A DNA stretch of 64,000 nt. Source: Minisyncoccota bacterium (GTDB taxonomy: Bacteria > Patescibacteriota > Minisyncoccia > Phycocordibacterales > Phycocordibacteraceae). Below, piece after piece: positions 37,354 to 47,443 of this stretch (position 1 is the stretch's first letter; every line of letters begins with the position of its first letter). A model generated the notes under the pieces. It was not told the DNA's origin and did no database searches. It saw only the letters and a program-made list of their open reading frames with translations. Location: positions 91,574 to 155,573 of the forward strand of contig JBAYHD010000001.1 of assembly GCA_041666305.1 (NCBI GenBank). The letters are read 5' to 3'. The position numbers were made by a program, and so were the translations under genes.

Positions 37354-39747
37354 ATGACTAAAAAATCGACCGCGAAGAAACGCATTGTACTTCTGGATAC
37401 GCATGCCATCATTCATCGTGCGTATCACGCACTCGCAGCGGCAGAACTGACGAGTCCCACCGGGGCTCCGACCGGAGCGCTTTATGGCCTTGTGTCCATG
37501 CTGCTCAAGATAATCGCGGATCTCAAACCCGATTACATCGCGGCATGCTACGACCTGCCGAAGCCGACCATTCGTCACGAAGCGTATGCCGAATACAAAG
37601 GCACGCGCGTGAAGACCGATGATGCACTCGCACTTCAGATACAGGAATCCAGAAAAGTATTCGAGGCATTTTCTATTCCAACCTATGAACGGGCCGGATT
37701 TGAAGCGGACGATCTGCTCGGCACCATTGCGCATGAGATGCGCGATGAGAAAGAGGTAGACGTCATCATCGCTTCGGGCGATATGGATACGCTCCAGCTC
37801 GTTGATAAAACGCGCGTCCGTGTGTACACCCTGAAGAAGGGCATCAACGACACGATTTTGTACGACGAAAAGGCGGTGGAGGCGCGGTTCGGCTTTCCGC
37901 CGGAACTTATCCCCGATTGGAAAGGGCTCCGCGGCGACCCGTCCGACAACATAAAAGGCATTCCCGGCATCGGCGAAAAAACCGCAACCGAACTCATTAC
38001 CGGATTTGGCTCCATTGAAAAAATATACGCAACGCTTAAGAAAGGCGAAGCGGCTTTCGTGAAGAAGGGAATAAAAACTCGGATGATAGGTCTTTTGAAA
38101 GACCACGAAGAAGATGCTCGTTTTTCAAAATCGCTTGCGACGATACGTCTCGATGCTCCCATCGCATTCGGATTGCCCGAACATGAATGGAATGAGAACG
38201 TCGATCTCGCAAAAGTGCTCGCGCTTTTTGATGAATTCGGTTTTCGTTCACTCAGAGATCGTGCACGCACCGTGCTCGCGCATTCTCTCGGAGAAAAACA
38301 TGTCCCGGAAGAGTCTTCCGCACCCGCTTCTGAGGAAGTGGATGCAACTCGTTTCGCCAAGGCGCAAGTGAAGCTTTGGCTTCTCGCTTCGGACTTTACG
38401 AATCCGACGCTTGACGACATTCTCGCCTACACGAAGAAAACGAAATTTGAAGAAGCGGACGCGGAGCTTTCTAAGTTCGTGCGCGAGACCGGCAAACTGC
38501 AAGAAGTGTATGAAAAAATAGAGGAGCCGCTCATTTCGGTCGTCGATAAGATGGAAAAGAGGGGAGTGCTCATTGATACGGCAGTATTGGATGAGCTCGC
38601 GAAGAAATATCGCACTGAGCTTGAAGCGCTCGAAAAACATATCTATAAGGACGCGGGGCACGAATTCAATATCAGCTCTCCCAAACAGCTCGGCGATGTA
38701 TTGTTTGATGAATTAAAACTGGTTCCGGATCGGCACAAAAAGACGGCGGGCGGCCAACGCTCCACGCGCGAGAGTGAGCTCGAAAAGATTCGCGACATGC
38801 ATCCGATCATCGGAGATATTCTGGAATACCGAGAATTGAAGAAATTACTCTCTACCTACATTGATAATCTCCCGCCTCTGCTCGATGAGAATCATCGCTT
38901 GCATGCCGAATTCCTGCAGACCGGCACCACCACCGGGCGCATGGCTTCACAGAATCCGAACTTGCAGAATATCCCGCTCCATTCTGAGCGCGGGCAGGCA
39001 ATTCGCCACGCATTCATCGCGCCAAAGGGATTTGAACTCGTGTCGCTTGATTATTCGCAGATAGAACTGCGCCTCGCGGCCATTCTTTCGAGAGATGAAA
39101 AGTTGTGCGCGATATTCAAGGGCGGTCGTGATGTACATCAGGAAGTCGCGGCATTCGTATTCAACGTCGCACCTGAAGCAGTTGATAAAGAAATGCGGCG
39201 CCGGGCAAAAGTAATTAACTTCGGCATTCTCTATGGCATGGGTGTTAATGCGCTTCGAGCTCAGCTTGGCTCTACGACCGCCGAGGCGCATCAGTATCTT
39301 GAAGAATATTTCTCGACATTCAAAACGCTTTCCGAATATCTGGAAAGCACGCGCGGCTTCGCGCGCAAGCACGGCTACACTGAAACGCTCTTTGGCCGCC
39401 GCCGCCAATTCCCGGAGATGAAATCATCTCTGCCGTATGTACGCGCGCAGGCTGAACGCATGGCTATCAATGCGCCTTTACAAGGAACGCAGGCGGACAT
39501 CATAAAGCTTGCGATGGTCCGCGTGGACGAGATGCTGTCGCAGGATCGCGCCCAGGAAGATGCATATTTGCTTCTTCAAGTGCACGATGAGCTAGTGTAT
39601 GAGATACGCACCGAACGCGTCGACGCTTTGAGCTCGAAGATAAAAGAGATTATGGAGTCAGTGTTGCCGGCAAAAGAGACGCACGGCGTGCCTATCATTG
39701 CGACGATGAAATCCGGTCCAGATTGGGGTGCAATGCATTCGGTATGA
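37354..39747 (+). CDS. polA: DNA polymerase I
   Basis: 5'-3' exonuclease domain + family A polymerase motifs (DYSQIELR, QVHDELV); ~797 aa, reduced 3'-5' exo region. Confidence 0.9.
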   Translation: MTKKSTAKKRIVLLDTHAIIHRAYHALAAAELTSPTGAPTGALYGLVSMLLKIIADLKPDYIAACYDLPKPTIRHEAYAEYKGTRVKTDDALALQIQESRKVFEAFSIPTYERAGFEADDLLGTIAHEMRDEKEVDVIIASGDMDTLQLVDKTRVRVYTLKKGINDTILYDEKAVEARFGFPPELIPDWKGLRGDPSDNIKGIPGIGEKTATELITGFGSIEKIYATLKKGEAAFVKKGIKTRMIGLLKDHEEDARFSKSLATIRLDAPIAFGLPEHEWNENVDLAKVLALFDEFGFRSLRDRARTVLAHSLGEKHVPEESSAPASEEVDATRFAKAQVKLWLLASDFTNPTLDDILAYTKKTKFEEADAELSKFVRETGKLQEVYEKIEEPLISVVDKMEKRGVLIDTAVLDELAKKYRTELEALEKHIYKDAGHEFNISSPKQLGDVLFDELKLVPDRHKKTAGGQRSTRESELEKIRDMHPIIGDILEYRELKKLLSTYIDNLPPLLDENHRLHAEFLQTGTTTGRMASQNPNLQNIPLHSERGQAIRHAFIAPKGFELVSLDYSQIELRLAAILSRDEKLCAIFKGGRDVHQEVAAFVFNVAPEAVDKEMRRRAKVINFGILYGMGVNALRAQLGSTTAEAHQYLEEYFSTFKTLSEYLESTRGFARKHGYTETLFGRRRQFPEMKSSLPYVRAQAERMAINAPLQGTQADIIKLAMVRVDEMLSQDRAQEDAYLLLQVHDELVYEIRTERVDALSSKIKEIMESVLPAKETHGVPIIATMKSGPDWGAMHSV

Positions 39748-40433
39748 TCTACCTTTTCCACGGCTCCGATGTTGATAAAGTACGCTCGAAGGCGTTCGAG
39801 TGGGTTGCGAAGGCGCGCGCAAAAGAACCGAATCTCGCGTATGTGCGCCTTGCACGCGAGGAACTCACGAACGCAACGCTTGAAGATGCTGCGCTCTCTG
39901 GCGGGCTTTTCGTACAACGTCTCCTGATACTCATTGATGACCCATTCCCGGCCGCACGGGCGAAAAGCGAGGACGAGAACGGTGAAGAAGAGACCGTCGG
40001 CACTGTGCTTGAAGAACATATTGATAGTCTCGCCGCGTCTGATAATGCCATCGTCATCCTCGCACCGAAACTTGCCGCTACGAAAGCAAAGAAACTGATC
40101 GCCAAAGCAAAACTTGAATACAAATATAATGCAACAGCCGCGCGCGAGGATGCACGCGGATTCAATTCGAATCTCGTCAACGCACTTTCCGCGCGTTCGC
40201 GCGGAAAACTATGGCTGGAAGTAAATCGCGCGCTCTACGCGGGTGATGCGCCGGAAATGTTGCACGGCCTCCTCCACTGGAAAGCACGCGATCTGATGGA
40301 AAAGGGGAGCCGCGCATGGAAACCGCAGGAAGCGCGCTCACTTTCACTCGCGCTTATCGAACTCCTGCAGTCCTCTCGTCGTGGCGGGCTCGAACTCGAC
40401 CTCGCGCTCGAGAAATTCGCGCTTTCAGTTTAG
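39744..40433 (+). CDS. DNA polymerase III delta subunit-like (HolA N-terminal-like)
   Basis: MIYLFHGSD N-terminus and length pattern resemble short HolA; 4-nt overlap with polA. Confidence 0.45.
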   Translation: MIYLFHGSDVDKVRSKAFEWVAKARAKEPNLAYVRLAREELTNATLEDAALSGGLFVQRLLILIDDPFPAARAKSEDENGEEETVGTVLEEHIDSLAASDNAIVILAPKLAATKAKKLIAKAKLEYKYNATAAREDARGFNSNLVNALSARSRGKLWLEVNRALYAGDAPEMLHGLLHWKARDLMEKGSRAWKPQEARSLSLALIELLQSSRRGGLELDLALEKFALSV

Positions 40434-40443
40434 AATTCGGAGC

Positions 40444-41220
40444 ATGCGGATCGTTTCTCTCAATACCTGGGGTGGAAGAGCAGGAAAGGAAGGGCTTTTG
40501 GCATTTTTCAAAATGCATGCGGATACCACGGATATTTTTTGTCTGCAGGAAATATGGTCTGCGCCGTATGAACATCTCGAAGGGCATCTTGCGGGCGGTT
40601 TGGAAATAGATAACGAACAAATAATGGTGTACGGCCTGCAAGAAATATCGGCAGCACTACCAAGCCATGTTGCATTTTTCCGCCCACATCATGGTGACCA
40701 CTACGGTCTTCTGATGTTGGTGAACAAAAATCTTTCCGTCATAGAAGAGGGAGATGTGTTCGTATACAAAGAAAGGGGATATGTGCCTGACGGGGATGTG
40801 GGGAACCACGCACGCAATATTCAATATATAACCGCCGAGACGGCATCTGGTCTGATTACCGTCATAAATTTCCATGGATTATGGACTGGAGAAGGGCCTG
40901 GCAAAGGAAAGAAAGATAGTCCGGAACGCCTAGAGCAGTCGGAGAAGATACTTGAATTTACAAAACAACTTAAAAATCCATTTGTCCTATGCGGAGATTT
41001 TAATCTACTTCCCGACACTGAAAGCATACGAAAATTTGAAGATGCAGGACTGCGAAATCTTATTAAAGAATTTGGAGTTACCTCAACACGAACGAGTTTC
41101 TATACAAAACCGCAAAAATTTGCAGATTACGTTTTTATCAGCGGCGACGTAGACCTTAAGGATTTTAAAGTGTTGCCTAATGAGGTTTCAGACCATGCAC
41201 CTCTCCTTATTGAGATATAA
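40444..41220 (+). CDS. endonuclease/exonuclease/phosphatase (EEP) family protein
   Basis: N-terminal MRIVSLNTWGG and C-terminal SDHAPL EEP motifs; GC drops in the 3' half. Confidence 0.7.
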   Translation: MRIVSLNTWGGRAGKEGLLAFFKMHADTTDIFCLQEIWSAPYEHLEGHLAGGLEIDNEQIMVYGLQEISAALPSHVAFFRPHHGDHYGLLMLVNKNLSVIEEGDVFVYKERGYVPDGDVGNHARNIQYITAETASGLITVINFHGLWTGEGPGKGKKDSPERLEQSEKILEFTKQLKNPFVLCGDFNLLPDTESIRKFEDAGLRNLIKEFGVTSTRTSFYTKPQKFADYVFISGDVDLKDFKVLPNEVSDHAPLLIEI

Positions 41221-41788
41221 GACGGCCACGTAATGCGAGTCCCGCGATAATGGCGGAGCCGATGACCGTGTAGACGGGGAAGAGAAAGTTGTAGACAGTG
41301 AATGACTGTGTCGCAGCGACCTCTAGTGTCACTCCAATGACATACAAGACCCAAAGAGCCGCCGGTTCAGACGAAGGATCTTGGTAGGTTTTGATAATAG
41401 TCGGTACAGTTACGGAGAGGTCAGCAATCATACTCAAAACAAGAGCCGCCAGAGGCTCCTTCGTGATGGCCCAGAGAATGATTGCAAGGACAGCGAGCAC
41501 AATGCAAATTCCGTCAGCACGCGTCCATACCGCGCGGCCCATATACAACGCGGTGAAGGCGATGATGGTCGTACTGATACTAGAAATGAAGGGAACGGCA
41601 AGAGACCAATCGATGCCTTTTGATGCTTGTGCGGCGGTGGCGATGATGAAAAGGGTCGCCCAGCCGAACCACGATACGGCACTCGGCCGCGTGGTGCTGG
41701 TCACAATGCTTCTGATATAGGGAACGATAAGAGCGAGCAATAAAATGCTTGCGGCGCTTCCGAGCACGATATGCCAGTCATAATTCAT
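41207..41788 (-). CDS. polytopic membrane protein, unknown function
   Basis: 193 aa, 6 predicted TM segments. Confidence 0.5.
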   Translation of the reverse strand: MNYDWHIVLGSAASILLLALIVPYIRSIVTSTTRPSAVSWFGWATLFIIATAAQASKGIDWSLAVPFISSISTTIIAFTALYMGRAVWTRADGICIVLAVLAIILWAITKEPLAALVLSMIADLSVTVPTIIKTYQDPSSEPAALWVLYVIGVTLEVAATQSFTVYNFLFPVYTVIGSAIIAGLALRGRLISQ

Positions 41789-41903
41789 ACGTGTATCTTA
41801 GCCTATTTATATACGCGACAGATATACGAACCTCCATGTGGTACTATATAAAGGGAGTCGTCTGAATGTGAGAGAAATGCTAGTGTGTCATAAGAAAATA
41901 CAT

Positions 41904-41976
41904 GCGCCCGTAGCTCAGCTGGTAGAGCAGCTCGCTTTTAACGAGAAGGTCGCAGGATCGAAGCCTGCCGGGCGCA
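41904..41976 (+). tRNA. tRNA-Lys (anticodon TTT)
   Basis: cloverleaf folded by hand; anticodon loop CTTTTAA; 73 nt. Confidence 0.85.
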
Positions 41977-41977
41977 C

Positions 41978-42808
41978 ATGAACGATTTCGAGGAGAAATG
42001 CATATCCTTGCGTAAGAGGGGCTATAGCATCATTGAAATCATGAAAGTAACAGGAAGAGCCAAAAGTTCTATCCATACGTATATAAAAGATATTCCCTTA
42101 AGCAAGGAACGTATGAAGCAGATTCGTGTGGCTTCTGGTAACCGGATTAGGAAATTTGCTATCGCTCGGAAAGGGAAAAGTACACGGTTGTTCAGGCCGT
42201 TTGAAGCATGGTCTGCCGATGCGGTGCTGCTGGTCGCGCACCTGCTTTTTGATGGAGAAATTGTCAGAGTGAGATGTGTCTATAACAATCGTAGTGAAGT
42301 GCTCATTGCGCGTGTGGCGAGGCTTATGCGTGAATGGTACGATTTCGAGCCGAAGCGGTATAAGAATCCATTAACGGGTGTTTATCGAATCAGTTATCAC
42401 AATGTAGGTCTCGGTGCTTATATACAGACGAAATCAATCGAGCTACTGCGGCAAATTAAAAGAATGCCACTCGATTTAAAACGAGAGTTCGTGAGAGCAT
42501 TTTTTGATGATGAAGGGTGTATAGATTACCGGCCAGAGGAAAATAGACGGAGCGTTCGCGGGTATCAAAAGGATGTGCGGATTCTGAAAATAATAAAATC
42601 GCTACTAGCTGATTTTGGTATCACGTCACGGATAGTGCTTCCTAACGAAGTGGTGATTGTAGGGAAAGAAAATCTGATGAAATTCGAACGAGAGATAAAT
42701 TTCTCCCCCGGTGTGTATATGAACGGGAATCGCTCAAACAGCCGTTGGAAGAAGCACGTGGAGAAAAGGGAATTGCTCAAGCAAGCAATAAAATCCTTCA
42801 AGAGCTAG
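41978..42808 (+). CDS. LAGLIDADG-family homing endonuclease (double motif)
   Basis: motifs LLVAHLLFDGEI and RAFFDDEGCI; AT-rich; ATG 1 nt after the tRNA-Lys 3' end. Confidence 0.7.
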   Translation: MNDFEEKCISLRKRGYSIIEIMKVTGRAKSSIHTYIKDIPLSKERMKQIRVASGNRIRKFAIARKGKSTRLFRPFEAWSADAVLLVAHLLFDGEIVRVRCVYNNRSEVLIARVARLMREWYDFEPKRYKNPLTGVYRISYHNVGLGAYIQTKSIELLRQIKRMPLDLKREFVRAFFDDEGCIDYRPEENRRSVRGYQKDVRILKIIKSLLADFGITSRIVLPNEVVIVGKENLMKFEREINFSPGVYMNGNRSNSRWKKHVEKRELLKQAIKSFKS

Positions 42809-43806
42809 TAGCTAAACGTATCAACCGTTTTTCCCCGGTCGTCGAGAAGCTTCACGATTTCATACCGAGCGCGCCACAAATGGGACTTTCGGCCGAGATA
42901 AATGCGCCACGTGGTACCGTCAAAGTCCGAATCATTCCTATGCGTGTTGATACAGCCGTTGTAATTCAGGCGCGTCTCTAAGAAGCTTTGGCAGGAGTCT
43001 GAAAGAGCGCTCATTCGTGTCAGCGGAACCTGGCAGCGCGAGAGCGTATTTGTGTAATCGATGCAGGAAGGGTCGTGGATATACGGACCGTAGAAAGAAG
43101 AAAGTTCGTTCGATGCCGTCGGACAATTCTTGGGTAGCGACGGTGAGAATTTTTGGAAGGCGCTGAAATATCCGATGCATTTATTTTCGCGAAAAGATGC
43201 GCCGACTGGCGATTCGCCTGAAATGATGAGCGCACGCTCACCGGGTTCAAGCACGATATCCTCCGCCGCGTTCACCACGCCGGAAGTCGGAACGCGCGTC
43301 CCTTTAGGAATGAGTTCCGCTTTGTAGGTCGCTCCGCTCTCGAGCGTCCATCCGGTGATCTTCACCGATTGGTTCGAGTTTTGCGCAACAGAGATTTCAA
43401 CATATTCTTTCTTTGGGTCTGATGAACTGGCGTTCGATACATAGTGACCCATCGAAACGAGATTGCCATACGCAGAAGGAGGGGAGAACGTACCGCTACC
43501 GCTACCACTACCGCCTGAGTAAGAAGAAGTAGGAGGAGCCTCGGTACTCGATTGAACACTCCCGCCGCCCGATGACGAACCCGGAAGGGAAATGTTCGTG
43601 CCGCCGACGCCGAACGGCGCCCGCGGGAACTGCAGATAGGTGCCGCCGCCGAGTTCTTGCGGTTCGGCGAGCCGCGGGCCGGTAAAGGCGATCGGGTGGA
43701 GTGGCCCACCGGTCGCTATCCAGATAAGGAATATAAAGACGAAAACGCCTATGAAAAACCACGCATCATGCATTTCCATAAAAGGATAATAGCAGGCACT
43801 AGGCAC
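42805..43806 (-). CDS. membrane-anchored extracellular protein with lamin-tail-like domain
   Basis: N-terminal TM, Gly/Ser-rich linker, LTD-like segment (YVEISVAQNSNQSVKITGWTLE...LEPGERALII). Confidence 0.5.
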   Translation of the reverse strand: MPSACYYPFMEMHDAWFFIGVFVFIFLIWIATGGPLHPIAFTGPRLAEPQELGGGTYLQFPRAPFGVGGTNISLPGSSSGGGSVQSSTEAPPTSSYSGGSGSGSGTFSPPSAYGNLVSMGHYVSNASSSDPKKEYVEISVAQNSNQSVKITGWTLESGATYKAELIPKGTRVPTSGVVNAAEDIVLEPGERALIISGESPVGASFRENKCIGYFSAFQKFSPSLPKNCPTASNELSSFYGPYIHDPSCIDYTNTLSRCQVPLTRMSALSDSCQSFLETRLNYNGCINTHRNDSDFDGTTWRIYLGRKSHLWRARYEIVKLLDDRGKTVDTFSY

Positions 43807-43853
43807 TAGGCGCTAGGCTTTAGTCCTGCTAGTGCCTAAGGCCTAGAGCCTAG
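43793..43853. repeat. palindromic intergenic repeat, copy 3
   Basis: aggcactaggcgctaggctttag...ctagtgcctaaggcctagagcctagt between the Mur ligase stop and the next gene start. Confidence 0.5.
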
Positions 43854-45113
43854 TTTGGCGAGTTCTTCGCGAACAACACTCGCATCGCTCCACGGGGTTT
43901 TCGTTCCGTGGGGCCCCATGATGAATGGGTCAGTGCCCTTGCCGGAAATAAGAACAGCGTCTCCAGAACGCGCGGCGCGAAGCGCCGCGCGGATCGCTTC
44001 ACGCCGGTCCATGATAATCTCCGGTGTGCGTTTCATTTCATGCATCATCGCATTCACGATTGCGCGCGGGTCTTCATCATACGGGTCTTCGTTCGTGAGG
44101 ATGACTTTCTCGCATGCTTCATCCGCAATACGCCCCATCTCCGGCCGTTTCCACGTATCGCGACCGCCGCCGGTATTTCCGAGAACACAGATCTTTCGTT
44201 GCGTTCGGAATGCCTCATACAGTGCGCCGAGTGAGTCAGGCGTGTGTGCGTAGTCCACGACGACAATGAAATCCTGGCCGGCATCAATGCGTTCCACGCG
44301 GCCGCGCACGACCGGAAGCGCCGCTAGTGCTTCCGCGCAAGTGGGAAGAGGAATGTCGAACGCTTCGCAAAGCTTAATGGAGGCGAGCGCATTCATCGCA
44401 TTGAACATTCCGGGAATGGGCAGTGAAAAATGCACATTGTGGTAATCAAACGTAGTACCTCGATCATTTTCCGACACATTTTCGAGTTCATGAGAACTGA
44501 ATCTGACCGCCTTCGGCACGCGTACGGAGAGGAACGCATTACTTTCCGGGACATCTGCGTTCGTCACGAAAACCCGCTTGCGTTTTTCGGAGCGGACAAG
44601 CGCTTCTACAATGGCACGTTTTGCTTCAACGTAATTCGCGAACGAGCCGTGCCGTTCAATATGTTCGCGTTGGATATTGGTCACGATGAGCCCGTCAAGA
44701 TACAGGAACAAATGCCGGTATTGCAGGACGCTCTCGGACGTTATTTCAATGACCAGGTGCGTGCACCCGGCATCGACCGCTTTACGCATGAATGCCTGCG
44801 CAAAGCCTCTCCCCGGAAGCGTCATTTTGAAAAGATTCCTTTCAGAATTATCTTCTATGGCGAACCGTATCGTTGAAAGGAGAGCTGTTTTGTATCCGGC
44901 TTTGCGGAGAATTGAAAAGACCATCTCGGCGGTCGTTGATTTTCCTTTTGTTCCCGTGATGCCGATGACGGTGAGTTCCCGAGCAGGGAAGCCATAGGTG
45001 AACGCCATCACCGAGGCGAGTACGCGATGGTAGAGCGGTCGTAATGGCCGCACCAACCACTCGGGCACTATTTTTTTCAGAATGCGAACGATGCGCTCGA
45101 CAATCCCGTACAT
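43836..45113 (-). CDS. Mur ligase family protein (MurE-like)
   Basis: GITGTKGKSTT P-loop, DYAHTPDSL motif. Confidence 0.7.
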   Translation of the reverse strand: MYGIVERIVRILKKIVPEWLVRPLRPLYHRVLASVMAFTYGFPARELTVIGITGTKGKSTTAEMVFSILRKAGYKTALLSTIRFAIEDNSERNLFKMTLPGRGFAQAFMRKAVDAGCTHLVIEITSESVLQYRHLFLYLDGLIVTNIQREHIERHGSFANYVEAKRAIVEALVRSEKRKRVFVTNADVPESNAFLSVRVPKAVRFSSHELENVSENDRGTTFDYHNVHFSLPIPGMFNAMNALASIKLCEAFDIPLPTCAEALAALPVVRGRVERIDAGQDFIVVVDYAHTPDSLGALYEAFRTQRKICVLGNTGGGRDTWKRPEMGRIADEACEKVILTNEDPYDEDPRAIVNAMMHEMKRTPEIIMDRREAIRAALRAARSGDAVLISGKGTDPFIMGPHGTKTPWSDASVVREELAKLGSRP

Positions 45114-45115
45114 AA

Positions 45116-45658
45116 TTATCCTGCGGAGAGCGCCGCCTTAAGTCGCGCATCTTTTCCGACCGTATCTTCCGGAATTGATTGCAATGCCTTGCGCGCTTCA
45201 CGCTCGGTGTAACCGAGCGCGACGAGCGTATCGAAGACCTCGCCATCGGCGTTGTCGTGCGAGCGGGGACCGACCTTATCGGCGAGTTCCACAAGCATTT
45301 TCTCCGCACTTTTTTTACCGAGCCCCACGACCTTGGTGAGGTACACGAGGTCGCGTTTCCCGATGGCGCCTTCGAGCGCTTCGCGCGGTGCACGGCGGAG
45401 CACTGAAAGTGCGGTCTTCGGTCCCACGCCCGATACCGTAAGAACGAGTTCGAAAAAATCTCGGTCGGCCGTTTCAGGAAAGCCGTACAGTTCCATCCCG
45501 TCCTGTTTGACGGCAAGATGCGTCGCGAGCTGCGCATCACTTCCTACCGAAAGAGTGTCGGGAGTGCTCATGCGTACTTCAATACCGAAGCCGGCGACCT
45601 CAATAACCGCGCTTACGGGGCCGACCGAAAGAACCTTTCCTCGAATCTGTCGGATCAT
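45116..45658 (-). CDS. ruvA: Holliday junction DNA helicase RuvA
   Basis: MIRQIRGKV... OB domain, two HhH motifs (GVGPKTA, VGLGKKSAEK). Confidence 0.85.
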   Translation of the reverse strand: MIRQIRGKVLSVGPVSAVIEVAGFGIEVRMSTPDTLSVGSDAQLATHLAVKQDGMELYGFPETADRDFFELVLTVSGVGPKTALSVLRRAPREALEGAIGKRDLVYLTKVVGLGKKSAEKMLVELADKVGPRSHDNADGEVFDTLVALGYTEREARKALQSIPEDTVGKDARLKAALSAG

Positions 45659-45843
45659 AGAACTATCGTACTACATTTGCGCTGAGATTTTTAAGGAGCA
45701 AAGCGACCTAGAAAACAAGGAGTGGAACGACTATGTTTTCGGAAGTGCCCTTGCGGTGCGACTATAAAAATCCAAGTGCACTTGGTAACCCAAGGTGCCC
45801 AGGCTATTGCGTATCTGGGGTATATGCATTACATTTGGCAGAC

Positions 45844-46110
45844 ATGGCAATCACCAGTTCCGCAAAGAAAGCGATCCGTGCCTCCGCAAGGAAGCATGTG
45901 TTCAATTTGCGCCGCAAGAACACCCTTACCGACACGACGAAGTCGCTTATGAAGGTGCTCGCCGCCAAAGATGTTTCAGCAGCCGAGAAGCTTCTCCCGG
46001 CCGCCTTCAAGGCGATAGATAAAGCGGCAAAGAGGGGAGTAATAAAAGCCAACACCGCCGCCCGCAAGAAGTCCCGCCTCGCCCTTGCTGTCGCTCGCAC
46101 GAAGGCGTAG
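45844..46110 (+). CDS. rpsT: 30S ribosomal protein S20
   Basis: MAITSSAKKAIRASARK... typical S20; longer ORF-track start rejected. Confidence 0.85.
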   Translation: MAITSSAKKAIRASARKHVFNLRRKNTLTDTTKSLMKVLAAKDVSAAEKLLPAAFKAIDKAAKRGVIKANTAARKKSRLALAVARTKA

Positions 46111-46213
46111 TGTGTTTTTTGACTGAATAAACACGAATCATAGCGGGGATTTTTTCCTCCGTATTTGCGGCTGTCTGAGACTGGCTCGGATGGCGACAAC
46201 GTGTGGAGGAATC

Positions 46214-46417
46214 ATGGGAACGAAGGCACCAAGACTGAAATTGAAGACTTTAAAGACGAGATCCTGCACATTACCGGAACTTCAGGCAGCGCTTGTGCAT
46301 CTTATTGAGCTCCACGATGGAATGAATGCCGAAATAAACAGGATGATTTCCTCTGGTCGGATCAGGTCGGCACGCGATGTCGAGAGGGATATCTGGAATA
46401 GGCCTTTCGATATTTAG
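46214..46417 (+). CDS. hypothetical small protein
   Basis: GGAGG RBS before ATG 46214; 67 aa; followed by a rho-independent terminator. Confidence 0.35.
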   Translation: MGTKAPRLKLKTLKTRSCTLPELQAALVHLIELHDGMNAEINRMISSGRIRSARDVERDIWNRPFDI

Positions 46418-46450
46418 TGCGAACGCCAACTACATTCAACCTGTTCCTCC

Positions 46451-46479
46451 AACGCCGCGTACCCGCGGCGTTCTTTTTT
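46451..46479 (+). terminator. rho-independent terminator
   Basis: aacgccgcg-tacc-cgcggcgtt followed by cttttttatt. Confidence 0.6.
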
Positions 46480-46486
46480 ATTCAGG

Positions 46487-46558
46487 TGCTCTCGGCCGGA
46501 ATCGAACCGGCATTGGCCACTTCGGAGGCGGCTATCCTATCCGTTGAATGACGAGAGC
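46487..46558 (-). tRNA. tRNA-Arg (anticodon CCG)
   Basis: hand-folded cloverleaf; anticodon loop CTCCGAA; TTCGATT T-loop. Confidence 0.75.
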
Positions 46559-46602
46559 GGCGTGTGGCCGTAACGCTTACGATACTACATCTTTATTCTT
46601 GG

Positions 46603-46674
46603 TGCTCCCGCCAGGAATCGAACCTGGATCTCTTCCTTCGCAGGGAAGTGTCCTATCCGTTGAACAACGGGAGC
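46603..46674 (-). tRNA. tRNA-Arg (anticodon GCG as read; unusual)
   Basis: hand-folded; anticodon stem CTTCC/GGAAG, loop CTGCGAA. Confidence 0.65.
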
Positions 46675-46676
46675 TG

Positions 46677-47363
46677 CTATATTTTCATTCTTTCCGAGAG
46701 TATCCTCCCAAGTGCAAGCAATTCTTCTCTCGCAGGGTTTGCCGGATACTTTACAAAGCAAATGCCTTGAAAGTTTTTGCGGAATCGCTTGCTCTTACTT
46801 CGTTTTTTAACATAAATCTTGCCGAATTGCGAGGCAGGGATTTGGAGCAGGTCGGACCAAAATGCGATCGCCTCTCGGTGCTTATGATAATAATGCAAAT
46901 GAAGGCGCACACGGAAGCGGCTTTCGTCGAGCGGATATATTCTGCGCAGCAGAGAAATATACAAGCTCAGTAATTTCGAATCCGTATTTACGAATACCAG
47001 GCCGTATACTTTTTCATGTTTGGCTCCTTCTGCCCAGTACAGCATCGCGAGCAATGCCTTCAGAATGAGGATATTGGACAAAGGAAACCGGCCGGCCTCT
47101 TTCATGCCCGTTTGCTGTGCCTCGGCTATCCATGCCTGGCGGCGGTCCATGATAGTTTTTCTTGCTTTTTTCCTTATGTTTTCAAGATGAGCAAGTTGGC
47201 GTGTTCGATCCAATGTACGAGGTGAGTTAGCGCGTTTAAACCAAAATGAGAGAGTGCTTTTCGGAATAGGATATATCGCTCGTATTTGCGTATACGTTTT
47301 TCCCGAGAGGCCCATTTTCAAAACTCGCGCGTGGATTTCTTTTGAATGTCTTGCTCCGGCCAT
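46677..47363 (-). CDS. LAGLIDADG-like homing endonuclease (single motif) with N-terminal HTH
   Basis: motif LLAMLYWAEGAKHE resembles I-DmoI LYVAEGDK; N-terminal HTH-like segment GKTYTQIRAIY; stop codon 2 nt from the tRNA-Arg 5' end; AT-rich. Confidence 0.5.
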   Translation of the reverse strand: MAGARHSKEIHARVLKMGLSGKTYTQIRAIYPIPKSTLSFWFKRANSPRTLDRTRQLAHLENIRKKARKTIMDRRQAWIAEAQQTGMKEAGRFPLSNILILKALLAMLYWAEGAKHEKVYGLVFVNTDSKLLSLYISLLRRIYPLDESRFRVRLHLHYYHKHREAIAFWSDLLQIPASQFGKIYVKKRSKSKRFRKNFQGICFVKYPANPAREELLALGRILSERMKI

Positions 47364-47443
47364 GTTTTCATTGTACCTCTTTTGACTACTAGAACTACTA
47401 ATCTAGGTACAACATGTGGATAAATAAAAAAGAGACGTATATA

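Noticed and set aside
37345-38420. 253- and 245-aa minus-strand ORFs inside polA
   Set aside because: Antisense to the DNA polymerase I 5'-3' exonuclease domain.
41904-41976. Possibility that tRNA-Lys (and the other HEG-adjacent tRNAs) contain introns hosting the homing endonucleases
   Set aside because: Each tRNA folds into a complete cloverleaf of normal length, with acceptor, D, anticodon and T arms intact and no interruption. The endonuclease genes lie outside the mature tRNA.
47415-47423. Perfect DnaA box TGTGGATAA (also TTATCCACA at 54285..54293)
   Set aside because: These are isolated single 9-mers far from dnaA. About 0.5 such matches are expected by chance in 64 kb, so they are not called as origin elements.
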